A stretch of DNA of 64,000 nucleotides from assembly GCF_044324785.1 (NCBI RefSeq), contig NZ_CP172127.1; one strand, given 5' to 3'. The DNA is from Escherichia coli (GTDB taxonomy: Bacteria; Pseudomonadota; Gammaproteobacteria; Enterobacterales; Enterobacteriaceae). A model generated the notes under the pieces. It ran no database searches. It was given only the letters and a program-made list of their open reading frames with translations, and was not told the DNA's origin. Made by a program: the position numbers and the translations under genes. Shown piece after piece: positions 24,725 to 39,702 of this stretch. Positions within the stretch are counted from its first letter, which is position 1. The number at the start of each line of letters is the position of its first letter.

Positions 24725-24753
24725 CAAAAAAGCGGGGAATCCCCGCTTTTTTT
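24725..24753. terminator. bidirectional intrinsic terminator between convergent slyD and slyX
   Basis: A-run, gcgggg-aat-ccccgc stem-loop, T-run (aaaaaagcggggaatccccgcttttttt). Confidence 0.8.
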
Positions 24754-24758
24754 ACGCC

Positions 24759-24977
24759 TCAATAATGTGGCGGTGGCGTTTCTTCAGCCTGCGACGCGAT
24801 GTTCGACGGCTGGCTGGCTTTTAGCTTCTCGGTCAGCAGACGCAGATGATCGCGCAGTTTCGCCATCTCCATTTCATGAGCGGTCACCGTGACGTTCAGT
24901 TCTTCAATGGTGATTTCCTGAAAAGCCAGTCGGCTCTCCAGCTCTGCCAGGCGTGCTTCCAATGATAAATCCTGCAT
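24759..24977 (-). CDS. slyX: protein SlyX
   Basis: 72 aa [31 protein letters not shown], coiled-coil-like. Confidence 0.93.
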
Positions 24978-25057
24978 GATTCACCTCTTTTGTCGAATGG
25001 TTGCCGCGGATTCTACTTAACTTTGCCGCCCGAGACAGCACTCATTTCGCGGTCATC

Positions 25058-25085
25058 GAAACTAATTTAAACAAAAAGAGTCTGA
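25058..25085 (+). promoter_or_regulatory. putative sigma-E promoter of fkpA
   Basis: -35 GAAACT (25058-25063), 17 nt spacer, -10 TCTGA (25081-25085), close to the GGAACTT-N16-TCTGA consensus; about 110 bp upstream of fkpA. Confidence 0.45.
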
Positions 25086-25197
25086 AAATAGATGATAATA
25101 GGGCGTGTCTGTATGTAGATTTGTTCGACAACGCTTTATAGTACCCTTCTGATAATAGTTAACCCTGGGGTGAGATGCCCCGATCCTGGAGATATGG

Positions 25198-26010
25198 ATG
25201 AAATCACTGTTTAAAGTAACGCTGCTGGCGACCACAATGGCCGTTGCCCTGCATGCACCGATCACTTTTGCTGCTGAAGCTGCAAAACCTGCTACAACTG
25301 CTGACAGCAAAGCAGCGTTCAAAAATGACGATCAGAAATCAGCTTATGCACTGGGTGCTTCGCTGGGTCGTTACATGGAAAACTCTCTTAAAGAACAAGA
25401 AAAACTGGGCATCAAACTGGATAAAGATCAGCTGATCGCTGGTGTTCAGGATGCATTTGCTGATAAGAGCAAACTCTCCGACCAAGAGATCGAACAGACA
25501 CTGCAAGCATTCGAAGCTCGCGTGAAGTCTTCTGCTCAGGCGAAGATGGAAAAAGACGCGGCAGATAACGAAGCGAAAGGTAAAGAGTACCGCGAGAAAT
25601 TTGCCAAAGAGAAAGGTGTGAAAACCTCTTCAACTGGTCTGGTTTATCAGGTAGTCGAAGCCGGTAAAGGCGAAGCACCGAAAGACAGCGATACTGTTGT
25701 CGTGAACTACAAAGGTACGCTGATCGACGGTAAAGAGTTCGACAACTCTTACACCCGTGGTGAACCGCTCTCTTTCCGTCTGGACGGTGTTATTCCGGGT
25801 TGGACAGAAGGTCTGAAGAACATCAAGAAAGGCGGTAAGATCAAACTGGTTATTCCACCAGAACTGGCTTACGGCAAAGCGGGTGTTCCGGGGATCCCAC
25901 CGAATTCTACCCTGGTGTTTGACGTAGAGCTGCTGGATGTGAAACCAGCACCGAAGGCTGATGCAAAGCCGGAAGCTGATGCGAAAGCCGCAGATTCTGC
26001 TAAAAAATAA
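25198..26010 (+). CDS. fkpA: periplasmic FKBP-type peptidyl-prolyl isomerase / chaperone
   Basis: 270 aa ORF with signal peptide and C-terminal FKBP domain. Confidence 0.97.
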   Translation: MKSLFKVTLLATTMAVALHAPITFAAEAAKPATTADSKAAFKNDDQKSAYALGASLGRYMENSLKEQEKLGIKLDKDQLIAGVQDAFADKSKLSDQEIEQTLQAFEARVKSSAQAKMEKDAADNEAKGKEYREKFAKEKGVKTSSTGLVYQVVEAGKGEAPKDSDTVVVNYKGTLIDGKEFDNSYTRGEPLSFRLDGVIPGWTEGLKNIKKGGKIKLVIPPELAYGKAGVPGIPPNSTLVFDVELLDVKPAPKADAKPEADAKAADSAKK

Positions 26011-26020
26011 GCATTAAGAA

Positions 26021-26049
26021 CCGCCGCCTGACCAGGCGGCGGTTTTTTT
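26021..26049 (+). terminator. fkpA intrinsic terminator
   Basis: ccgccgcc-tgacca-ggcggcgg stem-loop followed by ttttttt. Confidence 0.85.
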
Positions 26050-26176
26050 ATTACAGGCCGGATATAATTAGTGCTGGAAAGCGGAACCTCCGCTGTATTA
26101 ATTTAGTTACCCGCATCATTAATGAGCCTGCCCTGAAAAGTTAACGACAGGCTCCTGAAAAGGAGTGTTTTTTTTC

Positions 26177-27284
<1,108 letters not shown>

Positions 27285-27285
<1 letters not shown>

Positions 27286-27644
27286 TGAAACGAATTGCGT
27301 TTGTTTTTTCTACTGCGCCTCATGGTACAGCTGCTGGTCGGGAAGGTTTAGATGCTTTACTGGCAACTTCCGCATTAACTGACGATCTGGCTGTCTTCTT
27401 TATTGCTGATGGCGTTTTTCAGCTGTTGCCAGGACAAAAGCCCGATGCAGTGCTGGCGCGTGATTACATTGCCACTTTTAAATTGTTGGGTCTGTACGAC
27501 ATTGAACAGTGCTGGGTTTGTGCGGCTTCACTGCGCGAACGCGGGTTAGGTCCGCAGACATCCTTTGTTGTCGAAGCCACGCCGCTCGAAGCAGATGCCT
27601 TACGCCGCGAACTCGCCAACTACGATGTTATTTTGAGGTTTTGA
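27285..27644 (+). CDS. tusC: tRNA 2-thiouridine synthesis protein TusC
   Basis: 119 aa ORF, DsrF-like; start overlaps the tusD stop. Confidence 0.93.
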
Positions 27645-27651
27645 GGCGTTT

Positions 27652-27939
27652 ATGCTGCATACATTACATCGTTCACCCTGGCTGACGGATTTTGCTGCGC
27701 TGCTGCGTCTGCTCAGTGAAGGCGACGAACTGCTATTATTGCAAGATGGCGTAACTGCCGCAGTTGACGGTAACCGCTACCTTGAAAGTCTGCGTAATGC
27801 CCCCATTAAGGTCTATGCCCTGAACGAAGACCTTATTGCCCGCGGTTTGACTGGTCAAATTTCGAACGATATCATTCTCATTGACTATACTGATTTCGTC
27901 AGACTTACGGTTAAGCACTCCAGCCAGATGGCCTGGTGA
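27652..27939 (+). CDS. tusB: tRNA 2-thiouridine synthesis protein TusB
   Basis: 95 aa [28 protein letters not shown], DsrH-like. Confidence 0.93.
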   Translation: MLHTLHRSPWLTDFAALLRLLSEGDELLLLQDGVTAAVDGNRYLESLRNAPIKVYALNEDLIARGLTGQISNDIILIDYTDFVRLTVKHSSQMAW

Positions 27940-27961
27940 TGGCGGGATCGTTGTATATTTC

Positions 27962-28439
<478 letters not shown>

Positions 28440-28520
28440 TGGTTCTCCGTTAAGTAAGGCCAAACGTTTTAACTTAAATGTCAAACTAAACTCGTAGAGT
28501 TTTGGACAATCCTGAATTAA

Positions 28521-29006
<486 letters not shown>

Positions 29007-29090
29007 TCCCTTCGGAGTTTTAGTCACCAGGCGGGCGCTTCCAGTAAGCAGCCCGCTTTGGGCTACTTAAATTGAACGCCTAAAAGATAA

Positions 29091-31217
<2,127 letters not shown>

Positions 31218-31230
31218 GCCTAAGGGTTAA

Positions 31231-32472
<1,242 letters not shown>

Positions 32473-32496
32473 TTACACGTTAATTAGTTTCGAATT

Positions 32497-32523
32497 AAAA
32501 AGGGCGCTTCGGCGCCCTTTTTG
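32497..32523 (+). terminator. str operon (tufA) intrinsic terminator
   Basis: agggcgc-ttcg-gcgccct stem-loop followed by ttttt. Confidence 0.85.
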
Positions 32524-32569
32524 CATTTGTTGACTGCATTTCTTATTCGTACTGTCAGAACGAATAAAT

Positions 32570-32617
32570 TATTCATATTTAAAATATCAATTCAATTTAA
32601 TATTTTAAATATGAATA
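32570..32617. repeat. perfect 18 bp inverted repeat with 12 bp spacer in the chiA upstream region
   Basis: tattcatatttaaaatat (32570-32587) and its exact reverse complement atattttaaatatgaata (32600-32617). Confidence 0.9.
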
Positions 32618-32763
32618 TTTCTGTTTTTAAAATGCTTCATTTGTCAGGCTTTTTTCTTATTTTTAATGCCGCACTTTAATTCATATTGAAGGGTTCTCGT
32701 AAAACGTAAATAATTCCTGCGTAGGACTTTTGTTTTGCAGTTTTTACGTCACAAGGGATTATA

Positions 32764-35466
32764 ATGAAATTAAATATATTTACTAAATCTATGATTGGTA
32801 TGGGGCTGGTGTGTTCCGCTCTGCCAGCATTGGCAATGGAAGCATGGAATAACCAACAAGGTGGTAATAAATATCAGGTTATTTTCGATGGCAAAATTTA
32901 TGAAAATGCCTGGTGGGTTTCTTCTACAAATTGCCCGGGAAAAGCAAAAGCAAATGATGCAACTAACCCATGGCGTTTAAAGCGTACCGCGACAGCTGCT
33001 GAAATTAGTCAGTTTGGCAATACACTTTCCTGCGAAAAGAGCGGCAGCTCATCTTCTTCAAATTCAAATACGCCTGCATCCAATACGCCGGCTAATGGCG
33101 GTTCGGCTACACCAGCACAGGGCACTGTTCCGTCTAATTCTTCTGTAGTTGCCTGGAATAAACAGCAGGGCGGTCAGACCTGGTATGTCGTCTTTAATGG
33201 TGCGGTATATAAAAATGCCTGGTGGGTAGCCTCTTCTAACTGCCCGGGTGATGCGAAAGGCAATGATGCCAGCAACCCATGGCGTTATGTTCGTGCCGCT
33301 ACGGCAACGGAAATCTCAGAAACCAGTAATCCACAGTCCTGTACTTCAGCACCACAGCCTGCGCCGGATGTGAAACCGGCACCGGACGTTAAACCGGCTC
33401 CTGATGTTCAGCCAGCCCCAGCTGATAAGTCAAACGACAACTATGCTGTCGTAGCCTGGAAAGGTCAGGAAGGTTCTTCTACATGGTACGTTATCTACAA
33501 CGGCAGCATTTATAAGAACGCCTGGTGGGTAGGCGCGGCAAATTGCCCAGGCGATGCGAAAGAAAACGATGCCAGCAACCCATGGCGTTATGTTCGCGCG
33601 GCAACGGCAACAGAAATCAGCCTGTATGGTAATCCGGGTTCCTGTTCCGTTAAGCCGGATAATAATAGCGGTGCTGTGACTCCGGTTGATCCAACTCCGG
33701 AAACACCGGTAACTCCAGTTACTCCAACTCCGGATAATAACGAGCCATCAACACCAGCGGATAGCAGTAACGATTACTCACTGCAGGCGTGGAGTGGCCA
33801 GGAAGGTAGCGAAATTTACCATGTTATCTTCAATGGTAATGTTTATCAGAATGCCTGGTGGGTTGGTTCTGAAGATTGCCCACGTGGCACTAGTGCAGAA
33901 AACTCCAATAACCCATGGCGTCTCGTGCGTACAGCTACCGCTGCGGAAATGAGTCAGTACGGTAACCCGACTACCTGTGAAATTGATAATGGCGGCGTCA
34001 TTGTTGCGGATGGTTTCCAGGCCAGCAAAGCGTACAGCGCGAACAGCATCGTAGATTATAACGATGCACATTATAAAACCTCTGTCGATCAAGACGCATG
34101 GGGCTTTGTCCCGGGCGGCGATAACCCGTGGAAGAAATACGAACCGGCGAAAGCATGGTCCGCTTCCACCGTGTACGTGAAAGGTGATCGCGTTGTTGTT
34201 GATGGGCAGGCTTATGAAGCGCTGTTCTGGACGCAAAGCGACAACCCTGCTCTGGTTGCGAACCAAAACGCCACCGGTAGCAATAGCCGCCCGTGGAAGC
34301 CGTTAGGTAAGGCTCAGAGCTATAGCAACGAAGAGCTGAATAATGCGCCGCAGTTTAATCCAGAAACGCTTTATGCCAGCGATACGCTGATTCGCTTTAA
34401 CGGTGCGAACTACATTTCTCAGAGTAAAGTGCAGAAAGTTTCTCCTTCTGACAGCAACCCGTGGCGTGTTTTTGTTGACTGGACCGGAACCAAAGAACGT
34501 GTAGGTACGCCGAAGAAAGCGTGGCCGAAACACGTTTATGCACCGTATGTTGACTTTACGCTGAATACGATCCCGGATCTGGCTGCGCTGGCTAAGAATC
34601 ATAACGTCAACCACTTCACGCTGGCGTTTGTGGTGAGTAAAGATGCGAACACCTGTCTGCCGACATGGGGTACCGCTTACGGTATGCAGAATTACGCTCA
34701 GTACAGCAAAATCAAAGCTCTGCGTGAGGCTGGCGGCGATGTGATGCTGTCTATCGGTGGTGCTAACAACGCTCCGCTGGCTGCTTCCTGTAAGAACGTA
34801 GACGATCTGATGCAGCATTATTATGACATCGTTGATAACCTGAACCTCAGAGTCCTGGACTTCGATATCGAAGGCACCTGGGTTGCGGATCAGGCATCTA
34901 TTGAACGCCGTAACCTTGCTGTGAAGAAAGTGCAGGATAAATGGAAGTCAGAAGGCAAAGATATTGCTATCTGGTACACCTTGCCAATTCTACCGACTGG
35001 CCTGACGCCGGAAGGGATGAATGTCCTGAGCGATGCCAAAGCGAAAGGTGTTGAGCTGGCGGGTGTGAACGTGATGACAATGGACTACGGTAATGCGATT
35101 TGTCAGTCTGCAAATACCGAAGGCCAGAACATTCACGGTAAGTGTGCAACGTCTGCGATTGCCAACCTGCATTCACAATTGAAAGGCCTCCATCCCAACA
35201 AGAGCGATGCAGAAATTGACGCTATGATGGGTACCACGCCGATGGTTGGCGTGAACGACGTTCAGGGCGAGGTGTTCTATCTCTCTGATGCTCGTCTGGT
35301 CATGCAGGATGCGCAGAAGCGTAATCTCGGTATGGTTGGTATCTGGTCAATCGCGCGCGACCTGCCGGGCGGCACTAACCTGTCTCCGGAATTCCACGGC
35401 CTGACTAAAGAACAGGCACCGAAGTACGCATTTAGCGAAATCTTCGCGCCGTTTACTAAGCAATAA
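32764..35466 (+). CDS. chiA: periplasmic/secreted endochitinase (multi-domain, GH18-type catalytic domain)
   Basis: 900 aa ORF: signal peptide, four about 70-aa repeats, two CBM5/12-like motifs, C-terminal catalytic domain (DFDIEG). Confidence 0.93.
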   Translation: MKLNIFTKSMIGMGLVCSALPALAMEAWNNQQGGNKYQVIFDGKIYENAWWVSSTNCPGKAKANDATNPWRLKRTATAAEISQFGNTLSCEKSGSSSSSNSNTPASNTPANGGSATPAQGTVPSNSSVVAWNKQQGGQTWYVVFNGAVYKNAWWVASSNCPGDAKGNDASNPWRYVRAATATEISETSNPQSCTSAPQPAPDVKPAPDVKPAPDVQPAPADKSNDNYAVVAWKGQEGSSTWYVIYNGSIYKNAWWVGAANCPGDAKENDASNPWRYVRAATATEISLYGNPGSCSVKPDNNSGAVTPVDPTPETPVTPVTPTPDNNEPSTPADSSNDYSLQAWSGQEGSEIYHVIFNGNVYQNAWWVGSEDCPRGTSAENSNNPWRLVRTATAAEMSQYGNPTTCEIDNGGVIVADGFQASKAYSANSIVDYNDAHYKTSVDQDAWGFVPGGDNPWKKYEPAKAWSASTVYVKGDRVVVDGQAYEALFWTQSDNPALVANQNATGSNSRPWKPLGKAQSYSNEELNNAPQFNPETLYASDTLIRFNGANYISQSKVQKVSPSDSNPWRVFVDWTGTKERVGTPKKAWPKHVYAPYVDFTLNTIPDLAALAKNHNVNHFTLAFVVSKDANTCLPTWGTAYGMQNYAQYSKIKALREAGGDVMLSIGGANNAPLAASCKNVDDLMQHYYDIVDNLNLRVLDFDIEGTWVADQASIERRNLAVKKVQDKWKSEGKDIAIWYTLPILPTGLTPEGMNVLSDAKAKGVELAGVNVMTMDYGNAICQSANTEGQNIHGKCATSAIANLHSQLKGLHPNKSDAEIDAMMGTTPMVGVNDVQGEVFYLSDARLVMQDAQKRNLGMVGIWSIARDLPGGTNLSPEFHGLTKEQAPKYAFSEIFAPFTKQ
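32836..33996 (+). repeat. four tandem about 70-aa domain repeats within chiA separated by Ser/Pro/Thr-rich linkers
   Basis: Repeats of the form AWN.QQGG..Y.V.FNG.VY.NAWWV....CPGDAK.NDASNPWR.VR.ATA.E.S...NP..C; linker at 33358-33420 encodes PAPDVK-PAPDVK-PAPDVQ. Confidence 0.85.
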
Positions 35467-35473
35467 ATGTGTT

Positions 35474-35506
35474 GGCGATACCTTCCGGTATCGCCGCATT
35501 TTTTGT
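35474..35506 (+). terminator. chiA intrinsic terminator
   Basis: ggcgatacc-ttcc-ggtatcgcc stem-loop followed by gcattttttg. Confidence 0.8.
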
Positions 35507-35634
35507 CAATGGGCTACTTTTGGTAGCCCATTATTTTTATTCATATTTCTATTCTTTGCTTAAAAAAGAGTCTTTCCGTAATTGAAATAAGAACTATTTT
35601 CATTTATTTTTGAAGAAAGTATACGGGAGTCTCT

Positions 35635-35829
35635 ATGTACGTTTGTCTTTGTAATGGTATCAGCGATAAAAAAATTCGTCAGGCTGTGCGCCAGTTTTCC
35701 CCCCACTCGTTCCAGCAATTAAAAAAATTTATTCCGGTCGGCAATCAGTGCGGTAAATGTGTCCGGGCCGCGCGTGAAGTGATGGAGGATGAATTAATGC
35801 AGTTGCCGGAGTTTAAGGAGTCCGCATAA
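35635..35829 (+). CDS. bfd: bacterioferritin-associated ferredoxin
   Basis: 64 aa ORF MYVCLCNGISDKKIRQAV...CGKC, [2Fe-2S] cysteine pattern. Confidence 0.95.
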   Translation: MYVCLCNGISDKKIRQAVRQFSPHSFQQLKKFIPVGNQCGKCVRAAREVMEDELMQLPEFKESA

Positions 35830-35900
35830 ACGGAGTGTGTTTTTTGACTTACTCGTAAGCCGTTCTACGCTTCAAAGAGTGGAAGCGAAGGAGTCAAAAA

Positions 35901-36377
35901 ATGAAAGGTGATACTAAAGTTATAAATTATCTCAACAAACTGTTGGGAAATGAGCTTGTCGCAATCAATCAGTACTTTCTCCATGCCCGGATGTTTAAAA
36001 ACTGGGGTCTCAAACGTCTCAATGATGTGGAGTATCATGAATCCATTGATGAGATGAAACACGCCGATCGTTATATTGAGCGCATTCTTTTTCTGGAAGG
36101 TCTTCCAAACTTACAGGACCTGGGCAAACTGAACATTGGTGAAGATGTTGAGGAAATGCTGCGTTCTGATCTGGCTCTTGAGCTGGATGGCGCGAAGAAT
36201 TTGCGTGAGGCAATTGGTTATGCCGATAGCGTTCATGATTACGTCAGCCGCGATATGATGATAGAAATTTTGCGTGATGAAGAAGGCCATATCGACTGGC
36301 TGGAAACGGAACTTGATCTGATTCAGAAGATGGGCCTGCAAAATTATCTGCAAGCACAGATCCGCGAAGAAAGTTGA
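35901..36377 (+). CDS. bfr: bacterioferritin
   Basis: 158 aa [39 protein letters not shown]. Confidence 0.97.
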
Positions 36378-36384
36378 GCCGTGT

Positions 36385-36405
36385 CGGGAGGGAGAACCCT
36401 CCCGG
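36385..36405. terminator. hairpin between convergent bfr and gspO
   Basis: cgggaggg-agaac-ccctcccg stem-loop abutting the gspO stop; no clear T-run. Confidence 0.4.
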
Positions 36406-37083
36406 TTAATACGAGATCCAGGCCAGATACCCCAGGTTTATCATGCTGCCGAGCGCAAGCCACGGGCCGAATGCGATAGTGGTTATAGTCCGGCGTTGCA
36501 GAAGTTGTGAAACGATGGCGTAACCAATGCCACCCAGTGAGGCAATCAGCAGTATCATTGGCAACGTTTGCCAGCCACACCATGCGCCTGCAGCGGCCAG
36601 TAGCTTGAAATCACCGTAGCCCAATCCCTCTTTGTGACAAACTAACCAGACGCCCCAGTAAACACACCACAGCACCCCATAGCCCGCTACCGCGCCGTAA
36701 ACCGCATCATGTAAATCAATTAATCCATACTGCGCATTAAATACCAAGCCAAGCCAGAGCAGCGGTAAGGTGAGTTTGTCGGGCAGGAGCTGAGTGCGAA
36801 AATCAATAACACTGAGCGTGAGTACGAAACAGAAATAGAGAAAGAGTGCGCCAGTCACGATGGGCGTGAAAGGTGCCAGGGCGCAGGCGATAGCAGCAGC
36901 AACACAAAGTATCAGGGGCACTGTATCATTCCAGGCATATTTTTTTTGCCGGAAATGAACCAATACCTGGCGAAACGTTAACGCCGTTTTATCCTCCAAA
37001 GGCGAGAGGTGATAGGCCATGGCATTAACAAAATAACCTGCAATAAAACCAACCAGAATGAAGAGCGGCAGTAGCATTGCCAT
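36406..37083 (-). CDS. gspO: prepilin peptidase (type II secretion)
   Basis: 225 aa polytopic membrane ORF at the distal end of the gsp operon. Confidence 0.9.
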   Translation of the reverse strand: MAMLLPLFILVGFIAGYFVNAMAYHLSPLEDKTALTFRQVLVHFRQKKYAWNDTVPLILCVAAAIACALAPFTPIVTGALFLYFCFVLTLSVIDFRTQLLPDKLTLPLLWLGLVFNAQYGLIDLHDAVYGAVAGYGVLWCVYWGVWLVCHKEGLGYGDFKLLAAAGAWCGWQTLPMILLIASLGGIGYAIVSQLLQRRTITTIAFGPWLALGSMINLGYLAWISY

Positions 37084-37544
37084 TATTGTTGCTCCCTGAA
37101 GGACAAATGCTTGAGGGTGATCTCTTCGTTTCCGGCAAGAGTAAACTGAAGATCTTCAATAACAATACCGTGTGTTATCTGTGCCGTAGTGAGCCAGCGG
37201 GAGACGTTTTCGAGGGGAGCTGTGACAGGATGAATTGTCAGAGTATTGTCCGGACCGTTTTCCAGCGTGATAGTCAAATTCTCACGTTTTGCTTCCTCGA
37301 GAAGGATATTTTTGATGGGCTGCGTAAGCGCAGGATGACCAAGTAAACCATGGGTGCTCGCTTGATCCTGCATCCATTTGATGTCCTTCTTAATTTTTTG
37401 CGCGTGGGACTGATGCTCTGCAATGTAGGTATCTATCGGTTTTATCACCCCAAGCCAACAAAAAACGCCGAGCGAGAGAACCGCCAGTGCCGCAACGAGC
37501 TGTTTTTCCGATGTGGATTTTTCTGCCCACCATGATTTAATCAT
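37083..37544 (-). CDS. gspM: type II secretion protein M
   Basis: ORF track 161 aa from 37568; an ATG at 37544 (MIKSWWAEKSTSEKQ, 153 aa) lies directly after the gspL stop and is the more likely start. Confidence 0.85.
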   Translation of the reverse strand: MIKSWWAEKSTSEKQLVAALAVLSLGVFCWLGVIKPIDTYIAEHQSHAQKIKKDIKWMQDQASTHGLLGHPALTQPIKNILLEEAKRENLTITLENGPDNTLTIHPVTAPLENVSRWLTTAQITHGIVIEDLQFTLAGNEEITLKHLSFREQQ

Positions 37545-38707
37545 TTCCCTGAGCTCCTTACTGTCCATACGCCACTGACCGGATCTTTTTCTGTTTTTTC
37601 CATCGGAAGCCAGGACTGTGTTAATTCACAGAAACGATCGATATTGGCTTCACTCTTAGCACTCATTTTTAAGGTCAGCGACTTTTGCTTCTGGCTATAG
37701 TTCGCCTCCATTAACTGCAGTTCAGGGTGTTCCAGCAGAAGTGTTTGTAAATGATAGAGCAACGGCACAGCTTCAGGATATTGCTGAGCGAGTTGCTGCT
37801 TAAAGTAAAAACGAAAGTTGTGGGTGCGTTTGATTTGCGGGAAATAACGTTGCCAGGTTTCTTGCTGTTGTTGCTGAAGTTGATCTTCAATCTTAAGCGT
37901 ATGCCAGAGCGCGATGCCCCGGCTGCCAACAAAAGAAAGAATGGCGAGAACGAGACAGCTTACTGCCAGGCGGGCGAGCCATTTTCCCGATTTTCTTACA
38001 GTTTTCTGTTTACGAAAAACACCATGCAGCATGTCATAGCGCTGGAATGCAATATCGGCAGAATACAAACTCAGTGATGGTATTTCAGGATGCTGGATAA
38101 GTGGATTGGCCACTGCAACGCCGTGAGGTGCTACACCATAACAAAGCATATTCTCAGGCGGAAACTGGGCAGCAAGATGCTGTAACCAGTGTTCATCCAG
38201 TTCGTTGAAGGCATGTGCGGCACTGCGAATGAGCCAGCTTGTTTGCTGGTTAACCAGAGTCCAGCTATCTACTTCCCAGGGAAGATAGCAGCCATCTGGC
38301 AAAACCCGCGTCACGTTGAGTCCGGCAGTATGTAAACGCTCAAGATAGCGACTGAGTTTCTCCGACTGAATGCCTATCACCTCGACACTTTCGTTTTGTT
38401 TATCGACAACCGTCCAGTGCCAGTCCTGGGTGTTGTCGGGTAACGTCTCCTCTGCCAGCCATTGCAATGTTTGTGCGGTGAGTTTGTATTTGACGTTGGG
38501 CAGCGTGAGGGAACGATATAAAAGACCCTCTGGTGGGATCAAAAGATGAACATTTCCGGCACCGGGCTGATCGGCCAGCGACTCCAGCGGAAGATCGTCT
38601 GTGAGCGTATGTACCGAAGATACGCTATCTGCGGAGAACGTCATCCATTCCCAATGCTTACGCAGCGTCGAGGAAGAACGTATAACCATCAACGATTCAG
38701 GCATCAC
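37541..38707 (-). CDS. gspL: type II secretion protein L
   Basis: 388 aa ORF (387 if the second Met is used); operon position. Confidence 0.88.
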   Translation of the reverse strand: MMPESLMVIRSSSTLRKHWEWMTFSADSVSSVHTLTDDLPLESLADQPGAGNVHLLIPPEGLLYRSLTLPNVKYKLTAQTLQWLAEETLPDNTQDWHWTVVDKQNESVEVIGIQSEKLSRYLERLHTAGLNVTRVLPDGCYLPWEVDSWTLVNQQTSWLIRSAAHAFNELDEHWLQHLAAQFPPENMLCYGVAPHGVAVANPLIQHPEIPSLSLYSADIAFQRYDMLHGVFRKQKTVRKSGKWLARLAVSCLVLAILSFVGSRGIALWHTLKIEDQLQQQQQETWQRYFPQIKRTHNFRFYFKQQLAQQYPEAVPLLYHLQTLLLEHPELQLMEANYSQKQKSLTLKMSAKSEANIDRFCELTQSWLPMEKTEKDPVSGVWTVRSSGK

Positions 38708-38718
38708 GATCCTTATGA

Positions 38719-39702
38719 TTAGTAGAGTTGCAGCGTACGCCGATAGATTTGGGCGCTCTGCTGTTTACGGTTGAAAAAAATATGGCTTTGCCATCCCTGG
38801 GATTGTTCGTCGCTGATACTTTCCGTACTCAGCGTAAAATAGCGGCTATAGGGAAAGAGATGCCCTTTCACCTGAGCTACCAGAGGCTTCACGCCGGAGA
38901 AATCCTGCTGCGCCCAGTAAAGAAATGCATCCGTGGTTAGCCAGCCTTCCCTGGGCCTTTTTTGTAATAAGACCCGAGCGTCAGCATCCGTGATGTTATT
39001 GAGGAATAACGCTCTGAAGAGCGGAATATCGTTCTCAGTAAGCATATTAAGATTGATGCTAAGTTCCGTGGTTGGGAGAACGCAGACATACGGGATAAGT
39101 CGCTGATAGATGTTTTCGGTTATGCCTTTTATCTGACGCAATTCGCCGGTCAGAAAAAGCATCTGATTGGCGCTATGGCGAGGCGGCGTTTGGCTTTGGT
39201 AAAAGTTATCTTCTGCGCCGTGAAAGCGTGGCGAATCATCGGCATCAATATAGTCAGCGATTGATTGCACGATCTCATCGGTGTTTCCGCGATCGATACC
39301 GGCGTTAATCAGCAGCGCACTGAATACCTGGGTGGGAAAATCAGGGGAAGCCAGCGGGTCGTCAGAGATTTTTGCTAACGCATTGAGATTAAAACAGTGC
39401 TGGGCATCGCGTAACTGCCACTTCACTGTATTGCCATCTTCCAGCTGCAACTGTTGCGGCTGTGCCCAGTACTGCTGCAACGTGGTCTGTCTGTCGTTAT
39501 CTTTAACGTCCTGGGTGAGGCTGGCAAGCGCAAGTTTCTCCGCCAGTTCAATATCATATTGCCGTTGCAGATGATGGTTTACCTGGCGGGTTCGCTGAAG
39601 CTGGCTGTGAAAACTGAGCGTCATGTCTGCTGCCAGAGCAGCCATGAGCGCCAGTAGCATCAGCACAATGAGCAGCGCGACGCCGCGTTGTTCATTATTC
39701 AT
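38719..39702 (-). CDS. gspK: type II secretion minor pseudopilin K
   Basis: 327 aa [28 protein letters not shown]. Confidence 0.9.
   Translation of the reverse strand: MNNEQRGVALLIVLMLLALMAALAADMTLSFHSQLQRTRQVNHHLQRQYDIELAEKLALASLTQDVKDNDRQTTLQQYWAQPQQLQLEDGNTVKWQLRDAQHCFNLNALAKISDDPLASPDFPTQVFSALLINAGIDRGNTDEIVQSIADYIDADDSPRFHGAEDNFYQSQTPPRHSANQMLFLTGELRQIKGITENIYQRLIPYVCVLPTTELSINLNMLTENDIPLFRALFLNNITDADARVLLQKRPREGWLTTDAFLYWAQQDFSGVKPLVAQVKGHLFPYSRYFTLSTESISDEQSQGWQSHIFFNRKQQSAQIYRRTLQLY

Noticed and set aside
35540-35634. Possible Fur box upstream of bfd
   Set aside because: Iron regulation of bfd is expected, but I could not align a convincing 19 bp Fur consensus by eye; needs a position-weight-matrix scan.
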